The notes: generated by a model from the letters alone, not told the origin. Shown: positions 37,844-47,625, counted from the first letter of the stretch. The stretch: DNA of 59,804 nt from Minisyncoccota bacterium (GCA_022841645.1 JALHRC010000006.1:1-59804); one strand, 5' to 3'. Numbers and translations are program-made.

Positions 37844-38566
37844 CTATAAACTGTCCAGAATAATGCTAAGGTCAGCGATTGAAACCCGACCGTCACTGTT
37901 TACGTCCCCGCTCAGGTCGCCGGTGATCATGTGTTGCATCAAAATACTGACATCGGCGATCGACTGTTTGCCGTCATCGTTTAAATCGATCGGTGTCTCT
38001 TTTGGTGAAATAACCACATCTGCAGTAGGACTCGTAATGGGCGTGGCCGGTGCTACGTCAGCGGTGATAGTAAAAATTGCTTCGATGGGGGTGGCAAGGG
38101 GAGCATCGGTACCCAGGCCGTCGTGCTGGAGAATCTGCGCACTTATAATCTCGACGCTACTCTCGCCTGGTCCCTTACTGCGGAAGGTGATAGTGATGAG
38201 ACTACCTTCGCCCGTAAAGCCACCAGGCCGCGTGCTCCCACCAGCAAAGGTGACGGTCCCGTCACCATTTTCATACCACGGCGTTTCAGCCCACAGGTCG
38301 GCAATTGAGTTGTTGTAGTCGATGCTCGCGACCTCGAGTCGTTCGGGGTTGAAGGTCACCGTTCCGGCGAAGGCATTAACAGGAATCGGCGAGATTACTA
38401 TCACGTCCACAATTATTTCACCGCCCTCAGTACTGACTGCGCGGTCAGGAGAGATAGCCATGCTGGCTCGCTCACCGTCGTCGACCTGCAACATGTAACT
38501 GCCAAGCCCAATAAAGGCGGCAATGACACCTGCAATAAGTAACCGACTGCCCGGAATGGCGAACAT
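37844..38566 (-). CDS. membrane-anchored cohesin-domain protein with C-terminal dockerin-like repeats
   Basis: An N-terminal TM helix is followed by a cohesin-like beta domain (FAGTVTFNPERLEV...GEGSLITITFRSKGPG). The tandem Ca-binding repeats are DLNDDGKQSIADV and DVNSDGRVSIADL. Confidence 0.65.
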   Translation of the reverse strand: MFAIPGSRLLIAGVIAAFIGLGSYMLQVDDGERASMAISPDRAVSTEGGEIIVDVIVISPIPVNAFAGTVTFNPERLEVASIDYNNSIADLWAETPWYENGDGTVTFAGGSTRPGGFTGEGSLITITFRSKGPGESSVEIISAQILQHDGLGTDAPLATPIEAIFTITADVAPATPITSPTADVVISPKETPIDLNDDGKQSIADVSILMQHMITGDLSGDVNSDGRVSIADLSIILDSL

Positions 38567-38643
38567 ACATCTATTATACTACACCGTTGTTTAGTGGAGG
38601 TGTAAATAAACGTACAAAGAAGTACTGCCGTAAACGTCAATTT

Positions 38644-39357
38644 TTAATTCGTGTGAATGGGGGTGATTTTGCGGCGTACAACGAGAGTGACTACGAGCGT
38701 GATGAGGAATAGTACGACTGAGGCCACGAGGCTGTAGGGATTAATAGCACTCATGGTGAAGCCGTCGCGCAGGAGGGTGGGTACGTCAATTGCTGCACCG
38801 AGCGCGGTGAGCGTGGCGACACCGGGAAGAATCCCCAGCGCTGTAGCGGCCATAAACGGACGAACGCGCATCTTAAGGAGTCCCGCACTTAGATTCACCA
38901 CATCAAACGGAAAGTAGGCAAGGCGCATAAAGAGCATGGTGAGAAATGGCTCGCGATGGAGTGGTAGAGCAAAGCGCGTAATAAAGCCGGGTAATTCGTT
39001 CACGGTAAGGTAGCGGCCGGTCCAGTACACGAGCGCGGCTGAGAGCATGGCGCCGATAAGCGTGTAGAAGTACCCCAGCCAAAAACCAAACAAGGCACCA
39101 GCGAGAATGGTAAAGATGGTGCTCGGCAAAAATAAGTAGGGCTGGATGAGGTACAGCGCGATGTAGAGTAAGGGGGCGAGCGTGTGTGTAGAAAGAAAAT
39201 CTGAAATGGACTCAAATAATTCCACCAATGTGAGGCCGCTTCGATAAGCAATAAAGTAGAGGGCGCCAATGACGGCGAGCCACGTGAGGGCGGCACCATA
39301 CTTAATAGTAGAGAGAAGCGGCAGGCGTAGTCGAGTAGGAGAGGAGAAATTTCGCAT
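38644..39357 (-). CDS. DedA / TVP38-TMEM64 family membrane protein
   Basis: 237 aa, polytopic, with SNARE-associated-like topology and GxxxG-rich helices. Confidence 0.6.
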   Translation of the reverse strand: MRNFSSPTRLRLPLLSTIKYGAALTWLAVIGALYFIAYRSGLTLVELFESISDFLSTHTLAPLLYIALYLIQPYLFLPSTIFTILAGALFGFWLGYFYTLIGAMLSAALVYWTGRYLTVNELPGFITRFALPLHREPFLTMLFMRLAYFPFDVVNLSAGLLKMRVRPFMAATALGILPGVATLTALGAAIDVPTLLRDGFTMSAINPYSLVASVVLFLITLVVTLVVRRKITPIHTN

Positions 39358-39443
39358 AGCTCCACTCTACCGCAACGACTGTTGGCGTGGTAGAGCGGGC
39401 TATGGCATAGACGCTCCCCACTCGAGTGCGTACACTAGTAGCT

Positions 39444-40844
39444 ATGTCAGTTACTCCTACAATATCTATCCCGCCCACAGCCATTGTGATACTTGGCGGC
39501 ACGGGCAATTTGGCCGAGACCAAGCTACTGCCAGCGCTGTTTGATCTCTATATGCGGGGTGCTCTCCCGTCGTTTTTTATGATCGTGGGCGTCTCACGCA
39601 AGGCGTGGGGTGACGTTGATTATCAACGTTACGTGACAGAAGCAGTGTCGCTCGCCCGACCGCATGCTTCTACCCGCAGCGTTACGGCGTTTGCCTCTCT
39701 TGCTCGTTTCAGACGCGGGGATTTTGATGACGCGCTCACCTACGCCGCGCTCGGGGAGGCTCTTTCTGAGATCGATCACCTCCTTGGTATGTGCACCAAC
39801 ACGCTTTTTTACTTGGCCGTGCCACCACTGTTTTACAGCACCATTTTTGCAGAGCTCTCTGCCTCCGGTCTCATGGACCGTTGTAAGGGAACTACCTGGT
39901 CGCGCCTTCTTGTAGAAAAACCGTTTGGTCGGGATCTCGAAACGGCCATCGCACTCGAGGCGCAACTGCGCGAACAGTTTTCGGATGAACAGGTATACCG
40001 CATCGACCACTACCTCGCTAAAGACGCGATTGAAAATATTCTGGCGCTGCGTTTTGGTAATCAGGTGCTCGCCGACTCATGGCGTAAAGGGGGAGTGGCT
40101 ACACTTTCCATCCGACTTCTCGAACACAAGGACGTCTCAACCCGCGGCTCTTTTTACGACGGCATTGGCGCCTTGCGTGATGTGGGGCAAAACCACCTTC
40201 TCCAAATGCTCGCGCTCCTGACTATGCCACCTACCGACGTGCGTGATGTGGAGGCTATGCGCGCGGCGCGAGCAGAGATTATCGAGGCGCTTGCGCCCCC
40301 GACACATTTTGTACGGGGGCAATATGATGGCTACCGTGATACTGAAGGAGTATCACCCGATTCAGCAACTGAAACGTACTTCAAGCTGACGACCAGCCTG
40401 TCTACGCCCGAGTGGAGTGGTGTACCGATCACTTTAGAGGCAGGCAAGGCACTCGGTGAAGCACGGGCGGATGCGGTCGTGCGGTTTGCTGGAGGGCAGC
40501 AGTGTCATTGTGGTGTTGAAGGTACCGCTCACACGCACGACAACGAGCTCACTATCACTATTGCACCCGAGCAGCGCATCACCCTTCGGTTGTGGGTAAA
40601 GCGACCTGGGTTTGACTATGTACTAGAGCCGCGTGATCTGGAGCTGGTTCACCAGAGTGCCACCGATCGTTCGTCCCCTGAAGCCTATGAGCGAGTACTC
40701 TATGATTGTATTTTGGGCGATCAAACACGTTTTGTGAGTGCGCGCGAGGTAACAGCCGCTTGGCGTTTTATCACGCCACTGCTTGCAACAGCCACACCAC
40801 CCCTCGTCTACACCCCTGGTAGTAGTGGTCCAAAGGCCGCATAA
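39444..40844 (+). CDS. zwf: glucose-6-phosphate 1-dehydrogenase
   Basis: It has ILGGTGNLA and RIDHYLAKD motifs. ATG at 39444 was chosen (GTG at 39426 is possible). Confidence 0.93.
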   Translation: MSVTPTISIPPTAIVILGGTGNLAETKLLPALFDLYMRGALPSFFMIVGVSRKAWGDVDYQRYVTEAVSLARPHASTRSVTAFASLARFRRGDFDDALTYAALGEALSEIDHLLGMCTNTLFYLAVPPLFYSTIFAELSASGLMDRCKGTTWSRLLVEKPFGRDLETAIALEAQLREQFSDEQVYRIDHYLAKDAIENILALRFGNQVLADSWRKGGVATLSIRLLEHKDVSTRGSFYDGIGALRDVGQNHLLQMLALLTMPPTDVRDVEAMRAARAEIIEALAPPTHFVRGQYDGYRDTEGVSPDSATETYFKLTTSLSTPEWSGVPITLEAGKALGEARADAVVRFAGGQQCHCGVEGTAHTHDNELTITIAPEQRITLRLWVKRPGFDYVLEPRDLELVHQSATDRSSPEAYERVLYDCILGDQTRFVSAREVTAAWRFITPLLATATPPLVYTPGSSGPKAA

Positions 40845-40851
40845 TAGAGAC

Positions 40852-41781
40852 ATGAAGCACACAACAATTGGGTTTGTGGGGCTCGGACGGATGGGTCTCA
40901 ACATGGCAGCGCGTCTTATCGACACCGGAGTGACGGTGGTTGGGGTGGATGAGAGTCTCACGGCGCAAGCCGCCGCGCAGGACGGTGGTGTGCACGTGGT
41001 GTCCGATCTTTCAGTGCTCATCGCTCGTTTACCGGCACCGAAAGTGGTATGGCTCATGGTGCCGAGTCGCTATGTCGACGACGTGCTCGAGGGCCTCACG
41101 GCGCAACTTTCTGCGGGTGACATTGTGATTGATGGGGGTAACAGTTTTTATGAGGATACCCTGCGCCGCTATAAAGAATTAGGGAAGCATGGCATTCGTT
41201 TTCTCGACGTGGGCACCTCAGGTGGCGTCGCCGGTGCGCGCGAAGGAGCAGCGCTCATGGTAGGCGGTGAGAAGGAAACGGTGGCCGAGGTAGAGTCGCT
41301 GTTTCTCGCCTTGGCAGCGAAAGACGGCTACGCGCACGTCGGTGGTCCTGGCGCCGGACACTTTGTAAAAATGGTTCACAATGGTATTGAGTACGGCATG
41401 ATGGGGGCTTTGGCGGAGGGGATGACCGTTTTGCATACCCATACGTCGCAGTTTGATCTCAGCCTTGAAGCAGTGTTGCGCCCCTACGAACACGAAAGCA
41501 TTATTGCTGGAAAGTTGGTCTCGTGGTTGCGGCAAGCGTACGACGAAAAACAGCTCGATCAGATTGCTGGTGAGGTACCTCGTGGCGAAACGGAAAGTGA
41601 GATGGAGCATCTCTCAAGTCTTGGTGACATGCCGGTCCTTGAGGCAGCACTTGCGCAGCGGCAACAAAGTCGCGAGGATCCCTCGTATACGGGCAAGGTA
41701 ATTGCCGCCCTGCGTAATCAATTTGGCGGACACAAAGTTATCTATTCGGAAACCAATGAAGATAGTAACGGACAAGAATAA
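40852..41781 (+). CDS. gnd: 6-phosphogluconate dehydrogenase, short decarboxylating form
   Basis: It has a GLGRMGLNMA Rossmann motif. About 310 aa, YqeC-like length. Confidence 0.88.
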   Translation: MKHTTIGFVGLGRMGLNMAARLIDTGVTVVGVDESLTAQAAAQDGGVHVVSDLSVLIARLPAPKVVWLMVPSRYVDDVLEGLTAQLSAGDIVIDGGNSFYEDTLRRYKELGKHGIRFLDVGTSGGVAGAREGAALMVGGEKETVAEVESLFLALAAKDGYAHVGGPGAGHFVKMVHNGIEYGMMGALAEGMTVLHTHTSQFDLSLEAVLRPYEHESIIAGKLVSWLRQAYDEKQLDQIAGEVPRGETESEMEHLSSLGDMPVLEAALAQRQQSREDPSYTGKVIAALRNQFGGHKVIYSETNEDSNGQE

Positions 41782-42454
41782 TCCGGCCGCACGGGCGGGT
41801 GAGCTCCTCTCGGACGCTCTCAATGCGGGCGGGGCAGAACCCACGTTACTCCTTCTCGCGGGTGGTTCGGCATTGGCCCTGTTGTCGTATGTGAAGGGCT
41901 CCGCACTACCCTCGCGTTTTACGGTCGGTATGCTCGATGAGCGTTATAGCACTGACACGAAAGTAAATAACTATGCGCAGCTTATGGAGAGCGCGTTTTA
42001 TGCTACCGCGGCGGCGGCCAGTGCAACGTTTATAGATTCCCGCTCACGTCTTAGTGAGCCGGCCGCCGCCGTGGCCTCGCGCCTTCACGACGCTCTTACT
42101 GCCTGGCGCCGTGGCAATCCCACTGGCCGGGTCATCGCCACCTTGGGCATGGGTCCCGACGGCCACACCGCTGGTATCTTCCCTGGCTTTGTAACAGTAC
42201 TTAGCAAGCGTGGTCAGTGGGTGGAGGCGTACGAAGTCCCTAAAGATATACACGAATACACGACCCGCATTACCGTCACCCCGCATTTCCTTACGACCGA
42301 GGTGAACCACGCCGTCGCCTATGTAGTAGGAAAAGACAAACATTCCGTACTCGCCACGCTTACTGCACATCCTCCCGACCCCGAGCTCCTTCCGGCTGCG
42401 CTGTGGTATCAAATACCAAACGTCACTATCGTCACCGATCTATTGCTATCGTAA
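41756..42454 (+). CDS. pgl: 6-phosphogluconolactonase
   Basis: It has a GMGPDGHTAGIFPG motif. It overlaps the gnd 3' end by 26 nt. Confidence 0.85.
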   Translation: MKIVTDKNNPAARAGELLSDALNAGGAEPTLLLLAGGSALALLSYVKGSALPSRFTVGMLDERYSTDTKVNNYAQLMESAFYATAAAASATFIDSRSRLSEPAAAVASRLHDALTAWRRGNPTGRVIATLGMGPDGHTAGIFPGFVTVLSKRGQWVEAYEVPKDIHEYTTRITVTPHFLTTEVNHAVAYVVGKDKHSVLATLTAHPPDPELLPAALWYQIPNVTIVTDLLLS

Positions 42455-42612
42455 TGGCCGTTCTGCGTATTGCCGTTTTGGGGTAATTACCGTATAGTAC
42501 TCGCGTTTTGCCGCGATTTATTTTTGCGGTTTTCTTTTCTACGAGCGCGTGAGCGACGGTGTAAAAGAAGGTGTACAAACAATTACTTCATTAAATACGT
42601 AGTTATATAGTT

Positions 42613-44781
42613 ATGGCCCGAGAGTTTCCCCTAGAGCGTTTGCGCAACTTTGGTATCGTCGCCCACGTCGATGCCGGCAAGACCACGACCTCAGAGCGTG
42701 TGCTTTTCTATACTGGTATGAGCCACAAGATCGGTGAGGTGCATGATGGCGCCACCGTGACCGACTGGATGGAGCAGGAGCGCGAGCGCGGCATCACCAT
42801 CACTGCCGCAGCGATTTCGTGTAACTGGTCAAAGACCGAAGTGGTGGACCGCAAGGACAAGTCGCAGATGTACACCTTCAACATCATCGACACGCCAGGT
42901 CACATCGACTTTACCGCCGAAGTGAAGCGTTCGATGCGTGTGCTCGACGGCGCGGTTGTCGTATTCGACTCAGTGGCGGGCGTTGAACCACAATCCGAAA
43001 CCAACTGGGGCTACGCTGACGAAGCGAAAGTGCCACGTATTTGTTTCATTAATAAGATGGACCGTCTGGGGGCGGACTTTGAAAAGTCGTATAAGAGCAT
43101 CTTGGAGCGTCTCTCCAAGAAAGCCGTGCGGGTGCAGCTCCCGTGGGGTGGGGAAGAGAACTTTAAGGGTGTGATCGACCTCGTGAAAATGAAGGCCTAC
43201 ACCTTCACTGGAGAAATGGGTACGCTTATTACCGAAGTGGAGATTCCTGACGAACTCCGAGCGGACGCCGAGAAGTACCACGCCGAACTCGTTGAAAAAG
43301 TGGTGGAGCACGACGACACGCTCATGGAAGCTTTCCTTGGCGGTGAAATGCCAACGCTCGAAGATCTCAAGAAGACGCTCCGCAAGGCGGTGCTCGCCAA
43401 CCAACTCTTCCCTGTCTTTACCGGCTCAGCGCTCAAGAACATTGGCGTGCAGCTCGTCCTTGACGGTGTGGTGGACTATTTGCCCGCGCCGACCGACCTC
43501 GCTGACGTAAAAGGTACCAACCCTGATTCTGGTGAGGAGGAAACTCGCAAGCACTCAGATGATGAGCCACTTTCGGCGCTGGCTTTCAAGGTGCAAGACG
43601 ACAAGTTTGGCCAATTAGCTTTCTTCCGCGTGTACTCCGGTACGGTAAAGGCTGGCAGCTACATCCTTAATGCTACTACCGGCAACAAAGAACGAGTGGG
43701 TCGAATTGTACGCCTTTTGGCTGATAAACGAACAGAGGTTGAAGAGGTGTATGCTGGTGAAATTGCCGCCGGCGTTGGTTTTAAGGAGGTAAAAACTTCG
43801 CACACCCTGTGTGATGAGGCAAAGCCTATCGTGCTAGAGCAGATCGTGTTCCCTAATCCCGTGGTCGCGATGCGTGTTGAGCCAAAAACGAGGAATGACC
43901 AGGAGAAAATGGGTATGGCGCTTAAGCGACTCGCGGACGAAGACCCGACCTTTAAAGTCTCGACGGACGATGAAACCATGGAGACCATCATTGCTGGTAT
44001 GGGTGAGCTTCACCTCGAAATCCTCGTGGACCGTATGAAGCGCGAGTTCGGTGTGGAGGCCAACGTTGGTGCGCCACAGGTAGCCTACCGCGAAACGATT
44101 CAGCGTGAAGCGGAAGCGGACTACAAGTACGCCAAGCAGTCGGGTGGTCGTGGTCAATATGGTCACGTCAAGATCAAGATTCGTCCGATGCAACCTTTGC
44201 CAGAAGGTGAGACCGTGCCTAAGAATACTACTCGTGACGATCACTACGAGTTTGTGAACTCAATCAAGGGTGGTGCTATTCCAAACGAATATATTCCAGC
44301 TGTGATGAAGGGGTGTAAGGAGGCGATGGCGCGCGGTTTTGTGGCCGGCTACAAGATGGAGGATGTTACCGTCGAACTCTACGATGGTTCCTTCCACGAT
44401 GTGGACTCTTCAGAAATTGCCTTCAAGCTCGCAGCAATTTATGCCTTTAAGGAGGCGGCAGCCAAGGCGGGAGCAGTACTCCTTGAGCCAATTATGAAGA
44501 TCGAAGTGCGTACTCCGGAACAGTTTATGGGTGACATCAACGGTAACATTTCGAGTAAGCGTGGCCAGGTGATTGGTATGGGTGAGATCGGCGAGAAAAA
44601 GGTCATTACTGCTACGGTGCCGCTGAAAGAAATGTTTGGATATACCACGTCACTACGAGGTATGACTCAGGGTCGCGCCAGCATGACCATGACCTTCGAT
44701 CACTACGAGGTCGTACCGCCAAACGTGGCTGCTGATATCCGTAAGGCGAGAGGCGTAAAAGACGTTGAAGAGGAGGCCTAA
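42613..44781 (+). CDS. fusA: elongation factor G
   Basis: 722 aa with [17 protein letters not shown] and all five EF-G domains. Confidence 0.98.
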   Translation: MAREFPLERLRNFGIVAHVDAGKTTTSERVLFYTGMSHKIGEVHDGATVTDWMEQERERGITITAAAISCNWSKTEVVDRKDKSQMYTFNIIDTPGHIDFTAEVKRSMRVLDGAVVVFDSVAGVEPQSETNWGYADEAKVPRICFINKMDRLGADFEKSYKSILERLSKKAVRVQLPWGGEENFKGVIDLVKMKAYTFTGEMGTLITEVEIPDELRADAEKYHAELVEKVVEHDDTLMEAFLGGEMPTLEDLKKTLRKAVLANQLFPVFTGSALKNIGVQLVLDGVVDYLPAPTDLADVKGTNPDSGEEETRKHSDDEPLSALAFKVQDDKFGQLAFFRVYSGTVKAGSYILNATTGNKERVGRIVRLLADKRTEVEEVYAGEIAAGVGFKEVKTSHTLCDEAKPIVLEQIVFPNPVVAMRVEPKTRNDQEKMGMALKRLADEDPTFKVSTDDETMETIIAGMGELHLEILVDRMKREFGVEANVGAPQVAYRETIQREAEADYKYAKQSGGRGQYGHVKIKIRPMQPLPEGETVPKNTTRDDHYEFVNSIKGGAIPNEYIPAVMKGCKEAMARGFVAGYKMEDVTVELYDGSFHDVDSSEIAFKLAAIYAFKEAAAKAGAVLLEPIMKIEVRTPEQFMGDINGNISSKRGQVIGMGEIGEKKVITATVPLKEMFGYTTSLRGMTQGRASMTMTFDHYEVVPPNVAADIRKARGVKDVEEEA

Positions 44782-44859
44782 GCCGACGTATGTCTTTTGC
44801 GGATCTTGTGAGCTATCTTTGTGAGCGAAGCGAAACAAAGTAGCCACAAGGTGTACTGG

Positions 44860-45068
44860 CCGCTGTAAGCGGTGAAGGATGTGGAAGAAGAAGCCTAAGT
44901 AGGCTTCGCCCATATCCGGCAAGACCTTTTGAGCTCGTTTGCCCGAAGGGGAAAACGAGCCAGAAGGCTAAAATAATCTGGGAGATTATTTTAGAAGGTT
45001 GACAGCTACTTTGAAAAAGTAGCGACAACCTGAACAGCGTCTGTAAGACGGACAGCTTCTGTAAGAAG
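44860..45068 (+). other. array of seven short hairpins (candidate structured RNA / 3' UTR)
   Basis: Stems lie at 44860-72, 44890-907, 44933-60, 44968-94, 45005-23, 45038-50 and 45056-68. Three have the identical loop TGTAA and two have a GAA loop. Confidence 0.6.
44872..44898 (+). repeat. pseudo-copy 2 of the fusA 3' end (VKDVEEEA-stop)
   Basis: gtg aag gat gtg gaa gaa gaa gcc taa compares with fusA 44755-44781, gta aaa gac gtt gaa gag gag gcc taa. All six differences are synonymous third positions. Confidence 0.85.
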
Positions 45069-45092
45069 AAAGACGTTGAGGAAGAAGCCTAA
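45069..45092 (+). repeat. pseudo-copy 3 of the fusA 3' end (KDVEEEA-stop)
   Basis: aaa gac gtt gag gaa gaa gcc taa has three differences from fusA, all synonymous third positions. Confidence 0.85.
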
Positions 45093-45116
45093 ATCAGCTT
45101 TCAGCAGTGGACTAGT

Positions 45117-45152
45117 AAACAGCGGGCGGCCCCTTGGGGCCGCCCGCTGTTT
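45117..45152 (+). terminator. intrinsic terminator closing the fusA unit
   Basis: aaacagcgggcggcccc pairs with ggggccgcccgctgttt. Confidence 0.8.
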
Positions 45153-46039
45153 ACGAGCCCCACCACCACACCCGCGTGGTCTCTACCGCGCGGGTGTGGT
45201 GATCATAAAACAAGTGCCGGCGGTGGCCAGATCTTCTACTGGCAAACTACCCCCGATCCTGTGCTCTTGGTACAGGGTAGTTTACAATTAGCCCACCATC
45301 TCTTAGACTTTAGGCTAGTGACGAAAACGTTCAGGAGGGAAAATGTTTAAGCCGTTTCCGTGTCACATTACCCCCCCCAAGAGTTCATGGAGGAGCGTAA
45401 TAAAGCGCGAAACATCGCGCTTGGCTGGACGCTCCGTGAAAGGCGCGGCCTTTTGGCGGTGTGGCCGGAGCTCAGTTACGCCCTGATTCTTCTACAGAGG
45501 GCTATCGTGAGGTGGTGTAGATGAATAAAAACGACCCCTCGAAGCAGCGAGCATTTCTGGCGGGACTCAGAAGAGCTGCCAGCAAGCTCGTGGCTAGGTG
45601 CCAACAAAATCCGAGATTCGCAAGGCTGCTGCTCAAGAGCCTTGCGCCGAAAGAGCCAAGAAAGCTACGATGGCGAAAGAAATGAATAGCGGTCGGCAGG
45701 TTCCCCTAGAAGCAGGGAGCCTGCCGGCCGCTCTAATGTTTGACTCCCATCTTCCATCCACAAACGTATCCTTGCATGGTCTGTGTGGCCCTGAATTATC
45801 TGTGTCCTCTAGAGCAAGCGACAGCTTGCATTTGCTGGCTGCTTTCTGTACTATTCCCACACCGTCACGTCTCCCCCAGTGGGTGGTCTCGTGAAGGAGC
45901 GACCATAATTGCTCTTTTACACGCTGGAGTGTGAAGTCTTCGCGCGCCTGTTCTCGCGCCGCGGCGACTCTACACTCACCACGTTATTCGTGGGAGGCTG
46001 TGAACGGTACTTATTTACCCTTAGTAGCAGTCTTTTAGT

Positions 46040-47239
46040 ATGACTACATTTGATCGCAGCAAGCCGCACGTCAACGTCGGTACTATTGGCCACGTCGACC
46101 ACGGCAAGACCACCCTCACCGCCGCCATCCTTAACACGCTCAACAAGCGTGGTAATGGGTACAACGCGAGCGTGAAGGGCGTCGAGGATATCGACAAAGC
46201 TCCAGAAGAGAAGGCCCGCGGTATTACTATCTCGCTCTCACACTCTGAGTACGAGACGCCAAACCGTCACTACGCGCACATCGATGCGCCCGGTCACGCC
46301 GACTACATTAAGAACATGATCACGGGTGCGGCGCAGATGGACGGCGCGGTACTTGTGGTGGCTGCGACCGACGGTGCAATGCCACAGACGCGTGAGCACG
46401 TACTTTTAGCGAAGCAAGTTGGTGTACCAAAGATCATCGTCTTCCTCAATAAGGTAGATATGGTGCCTGAACACGAACGGGAAGACATGATTGGCCTTGT
46501 GGAGGAAGAACTCCGTGAACTCCTTACCAAGAATGGTTTTGATGGTGCTAGCGCTCCAGTTATTAAGGGCTCGGGCCTTAAGGCACTCGAGGATCCCTCT
46601 TCTGAGTGGGGCAACAAGATCATCGAGCTCGTTGATGCGATGGACACGTACTTCCCGATGCCAGTACGTGATCTCGATAAGCCATTCCTGATGCCGATTG
46701 AAGACATCTTCTCAATTGAAGGTCGCGGTACGGTGGTAACTGGACGCGTAGAGCGCGGCGCGGTAAAGGTTGGTGAAGAAGTAGAAATCGTTGGTATCAA
46801 GCCAACTGCTGCTACTACTGTTACTGGTGTGGAAATGTTCAACAAGCAGCTCGATGCTGCCCAGGCTGGTGACAACGCTGGTATTCTCCTCCGTGGTGCC
46901 AAGAAGGAAGACGTGCATCGTGGCCAGGTACTCGCTAAGAAGGGTAGTGTTACCCCGCACACCGATTTTGAAGCTGAGGTCTACGTTCTCTCGAAAGAGG
47001 AAGGTGGTCGCCACACCCCATTCTTTACGGGCTACAAACCACAGTTCTACATCCGTACGACCGACGTAACGGGTGAGGTAACCCTCGCTGACGGTGTCGA
47101 GATGGTAATGCCAGGCGACACCGCGAAGTTTAAGGTGAAGCTCGTAGCGCCAGTTGCGCTCGAAGACCAGCAGAACTTTGCTATCCGCGAGGGTGGCAAG
47201 ACGGTGGGGGCGGGTGTGGTTACCAAGGTTGTGGCGTAA
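46040..47239 (+). CDS. tuf: elongation factor Tu
   Basis: 399 aa with GHVDHGKTT and DAPGHADY. Confidence 0.98.
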   Translation: MTTFDRSKPHVNVGTIGHVDHGKTTLTAAILNTLNKRGNGYNASVKGVEDIDKAPEEKARGITISLSHSEYETPNRHYAHIDAPGHADYIKNMITGAAQMDGAVLVVAATDGAMPQTREHVLLAKQVGVPKIIVFLNKVDMVPEHEREDMIGLVEEELRELLTKNGFDGASAPVIKGSGLKALEDPSSEWGNKIIELVDAMDTYFPMPVRDLDKPFLMPIEDIFSIEGRGTVVTGRVERGAVKVGEEVEIVGIKPTAATTVTGVEMFNKQLDAAQAGDNAGILLRGAKKEDVHRGQVLAKKGSVTPHTDFEAEVYVLSKEEGGRHTPFFTGYKPQFYIRTTDVTGEVTLADGVEMVMPGDTAKFKVKLVAPVALEDQQNFAIREGGKTVGAGVVTKVVA

Positions 47240-47267
47240 GCGGCTAGCCGCCGATTAATTACCAATC

Positions 47268-47618
47268 ATGGCCACTGATTCCGCAAAGAAGGAAGCCAAG
47301 GCGCCAGGCGAGATTGGCAAACTGCGCATTCGAGTGCGTGCCTATGAGCACAAAATCCTCGATGCGTCAGTAAAGCAAATCATCGATACGGCCGCCCGCT
47401 TCGATGTGAAGGCAGTGGGACCCATTCCACTTCCCACCGAGATCAAGAAATACACGGTCAATCGCTCGACCTTCGTGCACAAAGATGCGCGAGAACAGTT
47501 CGAGATGCGTATGCACAAGCGAGTGATAGACATTCTGAATCCCGGACCAAAGATCATTGAAGCGCTCACGAATCTCTCACTGCCATCCGGCGTGAACGTG
47601 GACGTGAAGATGATGTAA
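47268..47618 (+). CDS. rpsJ: 30S ribosomal protein S10
   Basis: 116 aa. LRIRVRAYEHKILD...PLPT....YTVNRS.FVHKD is the S10 signature, with a short N-terminal extension. Confidence 0.96.
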   Translation: MATDSAKKEAKAPGEIGKLRIRVRAYEHKILDASVKQIIDTAARFDVKAVGPIPLPTEIKKYTVNRSTFVHKDAREQFEMRMHKRVIDILNPGPKIIEALTNLSLPSGVNVDVKMM

Positions 47619-47625
47619 ACCAACA

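Noticed and set aside
38567-38590. TATAAT box 7 nt upstream of the cohesin-dockerin gene ATG, suggesting a leaderless mRNA
   Set aside because: This is a single hexamer with no supporting -35 element or comparative evidence, which is too weak to call.
45598-45894. 98-aa GTG-initiated ORF between fusA and tuf
   Set aside because: There is no SD and the second half has odd composition. It overlaps the 54-codon ORF in another frame, so it cannot be supported as coding.
44782-46039. tRNA genes upstream of tuf, as in many bacteria
   Set aside because: No GTTCRANYC T-loop motif or cloverleaf-compatible 70-90-nt segment was found. No tRNA-like sequence was found anywhere else in the window.
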